Shown: positions 9,498-18,920, numbered from the stretch's first letter. The stretch: 64,000 bases of DNA from an uncultured Acidobacteriota bacterium (GCA_913043225.1 CAJWLU010000004.1:153228-217227); one strand, 5' to 3'. Notes: generated by a model from the sequence alone, not told the origin. Translations and numbers: made by a program.

Positions 9498-10787
9498 TCA
9501 GTCCTTCTTCGCCTCGATCTGAGCGCCAAGCTGCCCCAGCCGCTCCACTAGCTGGGCATAGCCTCGCTCCACCGTCTCCAGAGGGTAGATCCTACTAACG
9601 CCGTCGGCGGCCAAAGCCGCGGCGATCAGCGCCATCCCTGATCGCAGGTCCCGACTATCGAGGGTGCGACCGGTCAAAGGCGAGGGACCGTCGACGATCA
9701 TGCGGTGAGGATCGCACAGAAACAGGTTGGCTCCCATGCCGCTCAACTGCTCGAGCGCGAACAGCCGCAGCTCATACATCCAGTCGTGCACCAGGGTGCG
9801 CCCCTCAGCCTGGGTGGCCAACACGCTGATCAGGCTCACCATATCGCTGGGAAACCCGGGCCAGGGCGCGGTCGTAATCTGGCGAACGGCGACGGGTCTG
9901 GACGCTGCTGACCGCATCACGTCGTCTTCGACCTCGCAGTCGACCTGCATTCGCTTCAGCACGGCCGTGATCGGTTCCAGGTGCCTTTGTCGCACCCCTC
10001 GCACCTCGATCTCACCGCCGCTAACCGCGGCTGCCACCACCCAGCTCCCCGCCTCGATATAGTCGCCCTCAAGGCGGTGCTCCGCGGCGCCCAGCACGCC
10101 GCCACCGGCAATCCGGATCGTCGGTGTGCCGGCCCCCTCGACCTGCGCTCCCATGGCGGACAGAAATTCACACAGCTCGATCACGTGCGGCTCGCAGGCC
10201 GCGTGCCGGATCTCACTCTCGCCATCGGCCGCTGCAGCTGCCAGGAGCGCGGTCTCGGTCCCGGTAACCGAGGCCTCCTCCAGATAGACCGACGTCGGCC
10301 GAAGCCCGTCTGGAGCCTCCAACACGTAGTCAGGACCGGTGCCCGGTCTGCGTCGGACCCCCATCGCCTCCAAGGCCTGCAGATGAGCAGCTAGCGTCCG
10401 TCGAGCTGGAAAGTCGCCACCCGGCGGCGCCAGTATGACTTGGCCTCGCCGTGCCAGCAGCGGCCCGCACAACAAGACCGACCCGCGAAGTCGACCGACC
10501 AGGCGTCGGTCTGGTTCGTGACTGCTCAGCCCGCCGCAGTTCACGCGAACCGTAGTGGTCCCTATCCCATAAACCTCCGCCCCGAGACCCGCCAACAGGT
10601 GGGCCATGACCTGGACATCCTTGATCCGAGGCATGTTGGTGAGAGTGCACTGATGCTCGGTTAGCAGGCACGCGGCCAGCAGCGGAAGCGCCGAGTTCTT
10701 GTTACCTTCGACCTCAACCTGACCGACCAGCGGATGTCCCCCCTCCACGGCCAGCGTCGTCAGTCCTTCGCCCCCCGACTTCACCAT
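9498..10787 (-). CDS. murA: UDP-GlcNAc 1-carboxyvinyltransferase (Cys-to-Asp type)
   Basis: GNKNSALP, LRGSVLL, PPGGDFPARR, SVTGTE, PWPGFPSD, DLRSG, ERGY; start uncertain. Confidence 0.95.
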   Translation of the reverse strand: MVKSGGEGLTTLAVEGGHPLVGQVEVEGNKNSALPLLAACLLTEHQCTLTNMPRIKDVQVMAHLLAGLGAEVYGIGTTTVRVNCGGLSSHEPDRRLVGRLRGSVLLCGPLLARRGQVILAPPGGDFPARRTLAAHLQALEAMGVRRRPGTGPDYVLEAPDGLRPTSVYLEEASVTGTETALLAAAAADGESEIRHAACEPHVIELCEFLSAMGAQVEGAGTPTIRIAGGGVLGAAEHRLEGDYIEAGSWVVAAAVSGGEIEVRGVRQRHLEPITAVLKRMQVDCEVEDDVMRSAASRPVAVRQITTAPWPGFPSDMVSLISVLATQAEGRTLVHDWMYELRLFALEQLSGMGANLFLCDPHRMIVDGPSPLTGRTLDSRDLRSGMALIAAALAADGVSRIYPLETVERGYAQLVERLGQLGAQIEAKKD

Positions 10788-10829
10788 GTCGTCTTCCGCT
10801 CCTCGCCCCCGAACGCTCACGCTCCAGAG

Positions 10830-11771
10830 TCAGAACTCACCCAGATACACCAGTTCCAGCCGCAGCTGGATCCCAAACCGCCGCGCTACCTCTCGCCGAC
10901 AGCGCTCTAGCAACGCACGAATGTCAGCCGCCCGAGCAGTCCCTTCATTAACGATGAAGTTCCCATGCACGGTGGACACCACCGCTCCGCCCTGCCTGCT
11001 CCCTTTAAGTCCGGCGCGGTCAATCAGCGCTCCAGCCGACCGAGGCACATCGTCCGGTAGCGGGCCATCGTCCGCACGGGGATTCTGGAATACACATCCC
11101 GCCGAGGCCCGATCGAGAGGCTGCGTCCGTTTCCGGAACGCCAACGAGTCGCGCGCCGCCAGGCGGAGGACCGCCGGATCACCTGACCGCACCGCAAACT
11201 CCACCCAGGACACCACTTCGCTGGTGTGCTTAACCCGGCTCTCGTCGTAGTCGAAGGCCATCTCGTCAGCGGACACCTCGATACGGGTGCCCGCCTCGTC
11301 TACTAGCCCGACCGCGGTCACCATATCACCCACCAGCCGACCATCGAAGTGCGCGTTGCCATGGATCGCGCCCCCGACCGTTCCTGGTGTACCGGCCCAG
11401 CTCTCCAATCCGGCCATGCCACGCCGAATGGTCCAGCGGACAAGACCGTTGAGGGTGACACCGGCGTCCGCCCGCACTCGATCGGGCCCGGTCGCATGGA
11501 GACGACCGTGCCGCAGACGCACGACAAGACCCCGAACTCCCCCGTCCCCAACGAGGACATTCGAACCACCCCCAAGGATGGTCAGCGGGATGCCCAGCGC
11601 AGCCGTCTCCCGAATCGCCGTGACCAGCTCGTCTGGTCGGTCGGTCTGGAGCAGCCAGTCAGCTGGCCCACCCGTACGAAAGGTGGTGAAAGGAACCAGT
11701 GACGCCCCGTCCCTCACCCGGGTCCCGAAGAGCTCCTTAAGGCGAGCGTTGACAAGTCCTTGGGACTCCAT
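10830..11771 (-). CDS. murB: UDP-N-acetylenolpyruvoylglucosamine reductase
   Basis: TTFRTGGPA, LGGGSNVL, PGTVGGA, SAGCVFQNP, HGNFIVN. Confidence 0.96.
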   Translation of the reverse strand: MESQGLVNARLKELFGTRVRDGASLVPFTTFRTGGPADWLLQTDRPDELVTAIRETAALGIPLTILGGGSNVLVGDGGVRGLVVRLRHGRLHATGPDRVRADAGVTLNGLVRWTIRRGMAGLESWAGTPGTVGGAIHGNAHFDGRLVGDMVTAVGLVDEAGTRIEVSADEMAFDYDESRVKHTSEVVSWVEFAVRSGDPAVLRLAARDSLAFRKRTQPLDRASAGCVFQNPRADDGPLPDDVPRSAGALIDRAGLKGSRQGGAVVSTVHGNFIVNEGTARAADIRALLERCRREVARRFGIQLRLELVYLGEF

Positions 11772-11775
11772 CACC

Positions 11776-12702
11776 TCACGCCATCCCACCCGCCTGCAAC
11801 CGCAGCGCGTCCTCACGCGATGCGAGCGCGACATGCGCGGACGAATAGCTACATGGCTTGAACTCGACCCAGTCGCCAGGGGCCAACTGGGCAGCCACCC
11901 CAACGTCAGCCGAGATAACCGTCGCCGGGGCTCGATACCCCCCTGTCGTCTGCCGGTCGGCCATCAGCAGAATCGGTTCTCCGGAGGGAGGCACCTGGAT
12001 CGTGCCGACGGGCGTGGCCGCCGACAACCCACTGGCGGGTCTCCCCGGCGAAACCGACGGTCCAGACAGCCGATATCCCATGCGATTCGACGTCGGGCCG
12101 AGACGAAAACGCGGACCGAAGAGCAGTTCAGGCCGACCGCCGCCGTCATCCCGCACGAGAACCCGCAGCACCGCACCCCCCCGTGGCAGCGGAAAGGGCG
12201 GCCGCAGCTTCTTTCCCGGTCGAGCTCCACCGTGGGGATCGCCCACGTCCAGACAATCCTCTGCTCTGAGCGAGCGACCGTCCAATCCGCCGAACCGGCT
12301 CGCCAGATCGGTACTCCGGCTGCCAAACACCATCGGCAGCTCGAAGCCTCCGGCCACCGCGAGGTAGGCTCGTGCACCGGCAGTCCGTGGTCCGAACGAC
12401 AGTCGGCCACCGGCTGAGAGCGAGAAGGTGCATCCGCTCGGTACAGTCCGGCCGTCAATTTCGAGCCAGAACCGAGCTCCGACGACCGCGATCGTCGCGT
12501 CCTCACTGAACTCCAGCTTGGGCCCGGCAAGCGTGACCTCGAGAGTAGCGGCCTCGGGCAGGTTACCCACCAAGTGATTCGCGACGCGATGCGACCACGT
12601 GTCCATCGCGCCGGAAACAGGAATCCCCCATGCCTGATGCCCCCAGCGTCCAAGGTCCTGCACCGTGGTCAATGGTCCCGGAGCAATGACACGGACCCTC
12701 AT
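11776..12702 (-). CDS. pxpC: 5-oxoprolinase subunit C / KipA (allophanate hydrolase 2) family
   Basis: TTVQDLGR, SGAMD, GARAYLAVAGG, SNRMGYRL, DRQTTGGY. Confidence 0.9.
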   Translation of the reverse strand: MRVRVIAPGPLTTVQDLGRWGHQAWGIPVSGAMDTWSHRVANHLVGNLPEAATLEVTLAGPKLEFSEDATIAVVGARFWLEIDGRTVPSGCTFSLSAGGRLSFGPRTAGARAYLAVAGGFELPMVFGSRSTDLASRFGGLDGRSLRAEDCLDVGDPHGGARPGKKLRPPFPLPRGGAVLRVLVRDDGGGRPELLFGPRFRLGPTSNRMGYRLSGPSVSPGRPASGLSAATPVGTIQVPPSGEPILLMADRQTTGGYRAPATVISADVGVAAQLAPGDWVEFKPCSYSSAHVALASREDALRLQAGGMA

Positions 12703-13403
12703 TAGCTCTCCACCACTCTGGGCTCAAACCGCACCAGATCGCCCGCACGAAATATACACGCCGGCTCAGCCTGAAGGGTAAACGGCGCGATATCGGCGGT
12801 CCCGATCAATTGCCAGCCCCCCGGCGCTGCCGACGGATAGATTCCTGTTTGTCGACCCGCAATCCCGACCGATCGCGCCGGCACCGCCAGTCGGGGCGTC
12901 GCACGTCGAGGCATAGCGATGCGACTGTCGACGACCCCCATATACGCAAACCCGGGCAAGAAACCCAGCATGAACACACGATAGTGTCCAGCCGCGTGCC
13001 GGCGCACCACCTCGTCGATCGAGCAGCCGGCAAACGCGGCAACCGCCTCGAGGTCTGGACCACCCGGTCCGCCGTACCGAACGCCTACCGTGATCTCCCG
13101 CTGTGCTTCGGCCGCCGGGGCCGACGACTCGGCCCAGCTGAGCAGGCGCCGTGACAGAACCTCGGCATCGCCCGCGACCGGATCGAGATACACGGTCACG
13201 GCGCTGTGGGTCGGCACGACATCTCGGACCCCCTCCACCCGCGCCAGCCGCACCTGTCTCGCAATCTCGACCGCTCTCGCATTCACACGCGGATCGAGGT
13301 CGGCGTCACACTCGACCACAAGAGCCGCATCGCCGCACCACCGCACGCGCCACCCGGATCTCCCGGACGACCTGCTGTCGGTCTGCCGCTCGGTCGCGCT
13401 CAC
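12702..13403 (-). CDS. pxpB: 5-oxoprolinase subunit B / KipI family
   Basis: GDAALVV, YGGPGGPDL, GFLPGFAY, QTGIYP, PGGWQLIG. Confidence 0.92.
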   Translation of the reverse strand: MSATERQTDSRSSGRSGWRVRWCGDAALVVECDADLDPRVNARAVEIARQVRLARVEGVRDVVPTHSAVTVYLDPVAGDAEVLSRRLLSWAESSAPAAEAQREITVGVRYGGPGGPDLEAVAAFAGCSIDEVVRRHAAGHYRVFMLGFLPGFAYMGVVDSRIAMPRRATPRLAVPARSVGIAGRQTGIYPSAAPGGWQLIGTADIAPFTLQAEPACIFRAGDLVRFEPRVVES

Positions 13404-14794
13404 CCGTCCGCCGCCAACCTGTCGAGAAGTTTCTGGTGGATGCCGTCGAACGAGCCGTTGGACATCACGACGACGAGATCGCCAGATATCGCTTCCGTCG
13501 CCACTGTGGCCACGATCGCCTCCACCTCGGGCAGATGCCTGGCGCGAGGCCCGTCACGGCGGATCGCGTCGACTAGTTCGGCCTCAGACAGTCGCTCCTC
13601 GTCTGGCAAGGACGCACGATACACCCGACCGACGATCACCTCGTCAGCCGCATTGAAGGCTCGTCCAAACGGATCCTGGAAGACACGACGACAGGCGGTG
13701 GCCGACCGCGGCTCGAAGAGCGCCCAGATCCGTCGGTCCGGGTGGGCCGCTCGCACCCCGGCCAACGTCTCCCGCACCGCGGTGGGGTGGTGGGCAAAGT
13801 CGTCATAGACGGTCACGCCCCGTTCGACTCCCCTCACCTCGAGCCGGCGGCGCACTCCCTTGAAGCGGGAGAGCGCGTCGGCGATCGTGGAGGCGTCGAG
13901 ACCGACATGTCGAGCCACGGCGAACGTGGCCAACGCATTTCGTACGTTGAACGCGCCGATGAGGGGAAGAGTCACTGTCGCCTCCGGTCGCCCGCCGTGG
14001 GTCACCGTAAAGCGGGTCACGTCAACATCAGCCACCAACTCCGTCGCCCTCCATTCGGCGTGCGCCCCGAGACCGAACGACTCGACCTGACACGGAGCCG
14101 CTCCCCCGAGTGCCAGCGCTTCGAGGTCGTCGGCGCCCACGATCAATCGGCCCCGGGCGGGAAGGAGCGCGACCAGACTAGCCATCGCCTGGCGGATGCC
14201 GTCGACGTCGGTATAAATGTCAGCGTGATCGAATTCCAGATTGCCGAGCACCAGCACGTCCGGGACGTACTTCAAGAACTTTGCAGTCTTGTCGAAGAAG
14301 GCGCTGTCGTACTCATCTCCTTCGATGATGAACTCGGACCCTGAACCCAGACGGTAGCTGGATCCGAAGTTACCGGTCACTCCGCCGACCAAAAAGCTGG
14401 GATCGCGCCCCCCGGCGGTCAGCACCCAGGCCAGCAGCGACGTGGTGGTTGTTTTCCCGTGGGTTCCAGCCACGACCAACGACCGGCGCTCCCAAAGAAA
14501 AGTCTCACGCACCATCTCCGGCAAAGAGCAATATCGCACCTTCCGGTCGAGCGTCGCTTCGACCTCCGGATTTCCTCGCGACACCACGTTGCCTATAACT
14601 ACCAGGTCCAACCCGTCGGTGATCCGATCCGCGTCGAAGCCATCGTGAACGGCGATATCGCGGGCGGCAAGGAAATCGGACATCGGGGGATAGACGTGCT
14701 GGTCCGATCCCTGCACCGAATAGCCCCGCTCTTGGAGCATCGCGGCCAGCGTCGCCATGGCCGTACCACAGATACCGATGAGGTGTACGGTCAT
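13400..14794 (-). CDS. mpl: Murein tripeptide ligase
   Basis: HLIGICGTAM, YPPMS, GTHGKTTT, EGDEYDSAFFDK, DDFAHHPTA, FEPRS, MSNGSF. Confidence 0.95.
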   Translation of the reverse strand: MTVHLIGICGTAMATLAAMLQERGYSVQGSDQHVYPPMSDFLAARDIAVHDGFDADRITDGLDLVVIGNVVSRGNPEVEATLDRKVRYCSLPEMVRETFLWERRSLVVAGTHGKTTTTSLLAWVLTAGGRDPSFLVGGVTGNFGSSYRLGSGSEFIIEGDEYDSAFFDKTAKFLKYVPDVLVLGNLEFDHADIYTDVDGIRQAMASLVALLPARGRLIVGADDLEALALGGAAPCQVESFGLGAHAEWRATELVADVDVTRFTVTHGGRPEATVTLPLIGAFNVRNALATFAVARHVGLDASTIADALSRFKGVRRRLEVRGVERGVTVYDDFAHHPTAVRETLAGVRAAHPDRRIWALFEPRSATACRRVFQDPFGRAFNAADEVIVGRVYRASLPDEERLSEAELVDAIRRDGPRARHLPEVEAIVATVATEAISGDLVVVMSNGSFDGIHQKLLDRLAADG

Positions 14795-15717
14795 CGCGCC
14801 TCCACGGCCGCTTCGAGCACCTCGACCTCGGCGCCTGCGCCGCCTGACACCCTCACCTCCACCCCGAGAGGCACGGTCAGGGCGGGACCACGCGTATGGC
14901 CGGTCGCGAGCCCGAACAGCACCGGCCCATCGACCGACTCGAGCAGACGGGAAAGTACTTCTCTGGCCGTCGGCGTCCCGCATTCTTCATCGCATCCGGG
15001 AAACTCTCCACACACGACGGCTGACGCCTTGGTGAGGATTCCACTTGCCGCGAGCTGAGTGATCATGCGGTCGAGTCGATACGGCCGCTCCCCGACGTCT
15101 TCCAGCAGCAGCACGTAGCCCTCGGGAGGGTCGAAGGAGTACGGCGTTCCGAGCGATGCGACCAACTGCGTTAGAGTCCCACCCAAAAGCGGTCCGGTGG
15201 CCTCGCCTCGCCTGACGACTTCAACCCCCTTTGTCGAAAGTGCTCCCATCGGGGTCTCCCCAGACACGGCAGCCAGCAGCGAGCCTCGGTCGTAGCCGGG
15301 TATCTCCTCACCCAAGTTTACGACCAAGGGTCCGTGGAAACTGACCAAGCCGCACACTCGGCCCAGATAGATCAGCAGGGCGGTCAGATCACTGTGGCCG
15401 ATGAACGGCTTGCGGGCAGCACGGAGCAGCTTGGGGTCGAGCAGTGGCAGCACCTGCGCGCTCCCGTAGCCACCGCGTATCGCCATGATGCCGGCTATAT
15501 TCGGGTCTTTCCACGCCTCGAGTAGCGATCGGGCACGAGTGGCCGGAGAGCCAGCGGTGTAGCCCAGTCGCGCGAACGCATCGCGGGCCGGCACCGGCAC
15601 AAAGCCAAGCTGCCGGATCTCGGTGACACCAGCCTCATACGTAGCCTGATCGAAGGGGCTGGCCAAGGCCACAAGCGCCACCCGGTCTCCAGGGACGAGC
15701 GGCTGCGGTTTGAGCAT
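14791..15717 (-). CDS. ldcA: LD-carboxypeptidase (peptidase S66)
   Basis: RGGYGS, GHSDLTAL, LEDVGE, GHT catalytic elements. Confidence 0.92.
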   Translation of the reverse strand: MLKPQPLVPGDRVALVALASPFDQATYEAGVTEIRQLGFVPVPARDAFARLGYTAGSPATRARSLLEAWKDPNIAGIMAIRGGYGSAQVLPLLDPKLLRAARKPFIGHSDLTALLIYLGRVCGLVSFHGPLVVNLGEEIPGYDRGSLLAAVSGETPMGALSTKGVEVVRRGEATGPLLGGTLTQLVASLGTPYSFDPPEGYVLLLEDVGERPYRLDRMITQLAASGILTKASAVVCGEFPGCDEECGTPTAREVLSRLLESVDGPVLFGLATGHTRGPALTVPLGVEVRVSGGAGAEVEVLEAAVEAR

Positions 15718-15731
15718 GAGATTCGAGGCGC

Positions 15732-16817
15732 TCAGGCCCGCGCCAGTTCCTCAGCCAACGCCCGGTGGGCATCCGTCCCCAGCCGTGCGCCAAGGGCCGC
15801 TCCCGACAGCGGACGTCGTGGTGGCAATGTAAGGAATCGCGCCTTCACATCCTCGTGGCGTGTCCACGCCGTCTCGATAGCAGCCATAGACAAACGTCCG
15901 GTTTCCACGGCTCGGATGAGCGCCTCGATCGCAGTCACGTGCTGCTCGATCCCGGACCCGCACAGCAGCAACGTGTCGCACCCGGCTTCGAAAGCCTGCA
16001 CCGCCGCCTCCGACACCGAGTGGGACGCCGTGATCGCGCCCATCTCTAGATCATCGGTGATGATCAATCCACGGTGGCCCATCTCGTGCCGTAGGACTTC
16101 GGAGATAAGCGCTCGAGACAGCGTGGCCGGCCGTTCGTCGTCAAACGCCGGATAGAGCACATGGGCGCTCATTACCGAGGCCACGTCGGCCGCAATGGCG
16201 GCTTTGAAGGGCACCAGGTCTCGAGCACGGAACCGATCCGGCGGATGTTCGACAACGGGGAGCTCGTGGTGAGAGTCGGCACGGGTGTCACCGTGCCCTG
16301 GAAAATGCTTGCCACACGCCGCAACGCCCGCCGCCTGGAGCGCCTCGATAAATGACGTCGCAAGACGGGCCGCCTGGTCAGGATCGTCGGAGAGTGCGCG
16401 GTCACCAACCACGGGGTCGGCGCCGACGTGATGGAGGTCAAGCACCGGGGCGAAATCCAACGTGACTCCGACTGCCGCCAGTTCGCTGGCCAGCGCGGTA
16501 GCCACTCGCGCACTCAGGCCGAGATCGCCGTGACGCCCCAGCGCGGCCATGGCCGGCCACTCAGTGAACGGTGCCCGGAGTCGGGCCACCCGTCCTCCCT
16601 CTTGGTCTACGCTGACCCAGAGCGGAACGTCCGAAGCCAGTTGCTGCGCGTCGTAGGCCAGTTCAGCGACCTGTTCCGGCGCCTCGATATTCCGGCTGAA
16701 CAGGATCACGCCGCCCAGCCCCCACTCCCGAGCCATTGCGGCAAGCTCGGACGGGATCGTCGGTCCCTGAAACCCAAGAATGAATAACCGACCGACGTTG
16801 CGATGGAGTGGGTTCAC
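15732..16817 (-). CDS. nagZ: Beta-N-acetylhexosaminidase (GH3)
   Basis: DQEGGRVAR, FAPVLD, KHFPGHGDTRADSH, TDDLEM. Confidence 0.95.
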   Translation of the reverse strand: MNPLHRNVGRLFILGFQGPTIPSELAAMAREWGLGGVILFSRNIEAPEQVAELAYDAQQLASDVPLWVSVDQEGGRVARLRAPFTEWPAMAALGRHGDLGLSARVATALASELAAVGVTLDFAPVLDLHHVGADPVVGDRALSDDPDQAARLATSFIEALQAAGVAACGKHFPGHGDTRADSHHELPVVEHPPDRFRARDLVPFKAAIAADVASVMSAHVLYPAFDDERPATLSRALISEVLRHEMGHRGLIITDDLEMGAITASHSVSEAAVQAFEAGCDTLLLCGSGIEQHVTAIEALIRAVETGRLSMAAIETAWTRHEDVKARFLTLPPRRPLSGAALGARLGTDAHRALAEELARA

Positions 16818-16864
16818 ACCTGCCCGCGTCTCGAAAGGCCGCCTGGCGCCGCATTGCGACGCGA

Positions 16865-16888
16865 CGGCTGCAATTATAATGCGGCCGT
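16865..16888. promoter_or_regulatory. Overlapping divergent -10 boxes inside an imperfect dyad
   Basis: TATAAT on + at 16875-16880 and on - at 16878-16873, within CGGCTGCA...TGCGGCCG. Confidence 0.6.
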
Positions 16889-17888
16889 GCTCGTCAGCTC
16901 CTCCGCGCCAACCAGGATTGACTTAGCGGGAGGAACTCTCGACATTTGGCCGCTCTACCTTTTCCACCCCGGTGCGCAAACGGTCAACGCCGCGCTTGGC
17001 ATCCGGGCCAGTTGCACCGTGCGTTCCCGTAACGACAACCGTGTCGTTCTGAGATCAAGCGACACGGGGCTCACCCTCGAAGCCGAGGATTGGCAGTCAC
17101 TCGGAACGGAGGGCGATGGCCGTCTCCTGGCCCACCTTGGCCGGTTCTTCGAGCTCTCCGGTGTCGAGGTCACTACGAACTCCGGCTCTCCGATGGGTGC
17201 CGGCATCGCAGGTTCATCGGCCCTAACCGTCGCCGTATGCGCGGCGCTGACCCGGTGGCAGCGACGCTCCCTATCGCCCGACCAGCTCCTCACGCTGGCC
17301 ATGAACCTCGAAGCTCGTACGCTGGGTATTCCGACCGGCGTCCAGGACTACCGTCCAGCGCTCTATGGAGGCGTCTCGGCAGTAGAGCTTGGCCCGCTCG
17401 GCGTAGAGCGGATCCCGCTCGAGGTCGACGTTGCCGAACTCGAGCGAAGACTCGTGCTCTGCTACAGTGGTAACTCGCGGTCCTCGGGACTCAACAACTG
17501 GGATATCACCCGTCGACACATCGAAGGAGACGAGGCGCTGGCCGCGCACTTCACCGCCCTTCGTGACATCGCGGCTGAGACCCGCCAGGCCCTGAACACA
17601 CACAACTGGCACGAACTGGCCCGGCAAATGTCGCGCGAGTGGGACACCAGACAGGCTCTGGCTCCCGGCGTGACGACCCCGGCAATCGACCGGATCCTGT
17701 CTGCTTCCCGTGCCGCCGGAGCGATGTCTGGAAAGGTCTGTGGCGCCGGGGGTGGAGGTTGCGTCTGTCTTCTAATCGACCCCGACCGGCGAGATGACGT
17801 CTATCGGAGCCTGGTCGACTCCAAGGCCCACGTGCTCGAGTGCCGTATCGACACCGATGGACTTCGAGTCGACGCTACGGAGGACTGA
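16887..17888 (+). CDS. GHMP-family sugar kinase (HddA/galactokinase-like)
   Basis: APTRIDLAGGTLD, PMGAGIAGSSA, TGVQDY, GKVCGAGGGG. Confidence 0.9.
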   Translation: MLVSSSAPTRIDLAGGTLDIWPLYLFHPGAQTVNAALGIRASCTVRSRNDNRVVLRSSDTGLTLEAEDWQSLGTEGDGRLLAHLGRFFELSGVEVTTNSGSPMGAGIAGSSALTVAVCAALTRWQRRSLSPDQLLTLAMNLEARTLGIPTGVQDYRPALYGGVSAVELGPLGVERIPLEVDVAELERRLVLCYSGNSRSSGLNNWDITRRHIEGDEALAAHFTALRDIAAETRQALNTHNWHELARQMSREWDTRQALAPGVTTPAIDRILSASRAAGAMSGKVCGAGGGGCVCLLIDPDRRDDVYRSLVDSKAHVLECRIDTDGLRVDATED

Positions 17889-18028
17889 CTCTCGGTTATG
17901 GACAACCCCTCGATCGACCGCGTGACGATTAGCCGACCCACCTGGCTCGAGCCGAATCACGTTCGTAATATGCAACCATTCGAAACGATGCAATCTTCGC
18001 TGCCCCACCATCAATGCAGGACCGTGTC

Positions 18029-18349
18029 ATGACAACCGTCGCCTCAGTACGCGCCGAGCTCAAGCGGCTGTACAACGAGACGACCCCGGCCACGATCGAG
18101 CAAGATCTGGCCCGCGCCATCGCACTCCTTAAGCAGCTCGATGATGAAGCCCAACGGGCGCAGGTTGCCGTCTATATGGACGGGCTCTCACAGATACGGT
18201 CGGAGTGGATCCTCGCAAGACGTGTAAGGGCTCGGAAGAAACATGCCACTGGCAAGATCAGCGTTAAGGCCGTCACGGCCACCGCTGGCGCCAGAAACAC
18301 CAAACGCACCGGAAAGCCCCGCCCAAAGAACAAGCACTCGTCTTCGTGA
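18029..18349 (+). CDS. Small hypothetical protein with a helical core and Lys/Arg-rich tail
   Basis: Coding-like codon use; AGGA RBS upstream. Confidence 0.7.
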   Translation: MTTVASVRAELKRLYNETTPATIEQDLARAIALLKQLDDEAQRAQVAVYMDGLSQIRSEWILARRVRARKKHATGKISVKAVTATAGARNTKRTGKPRPKNKHSSS

Positions 18350-18353
18350 CCGC

Positions 18354-18920
18354 TAAGCAGTTACGCGCTTGGGCCAGCAAGGAAACACTTCCAGGTGGAG
18401 GGCACGGACTCCGCCCGAAACATTGCGGTCGCGCGTGATCAGCTTAAGACCGCATTAGTTCAGGCGAGTCAATATCGACATCGAGACACCAGTCGGCGTC
18501 TTCGGATTCGTCACCAGGGTGGCAATCAGTGGGTAGTGTTTGAGCCAGTGACGGCTGCTGCCAACCACGCGCAGCATTTCTCGCTGCACGCTCATCATGC
18601 GAGCGCAGGGCTAGATCTCGGTGATGTCCAGTTTCGGACTCCAGAGCACCACGACGGCGACCACCTTGTTCGAATCCAAGATAAGGACCGTGCGCTGTTC
18701 ACGGACACCGCGTAACGCGATCTTGATCCAGTCGACCACCGGCATCGGAGCGAACACCTGTGGCTGTAATTCGGCAGGGTTAGGCCCAAACTGTGCCTCC
18801 CTTTGAACCACCGTCACGTCCGTGCTCATCTGGCCCAGTGCTGGCTCAATGTCTTCGAGGAGGGATACGAGCAGATCAAGTTACTCCGCCGTCTTCCAGA
18901 TCAATCCTCTAACAGCCACC
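18354..18920 (-). pseudogene. Possible decayed gene of unknown family
   Basis: One protein-like minus frame interrupted by three in-frame stops. Confidence 0.4.

Noticed and set aside
11287..12417. Long antisense ORFs (also 28671-29615, 27702-28592 and many others)
   Set aside because: They lie opposite well-conserved genes, are Arg/Pro/Ser-rich and lack motifs, as expected in high-GC DNA
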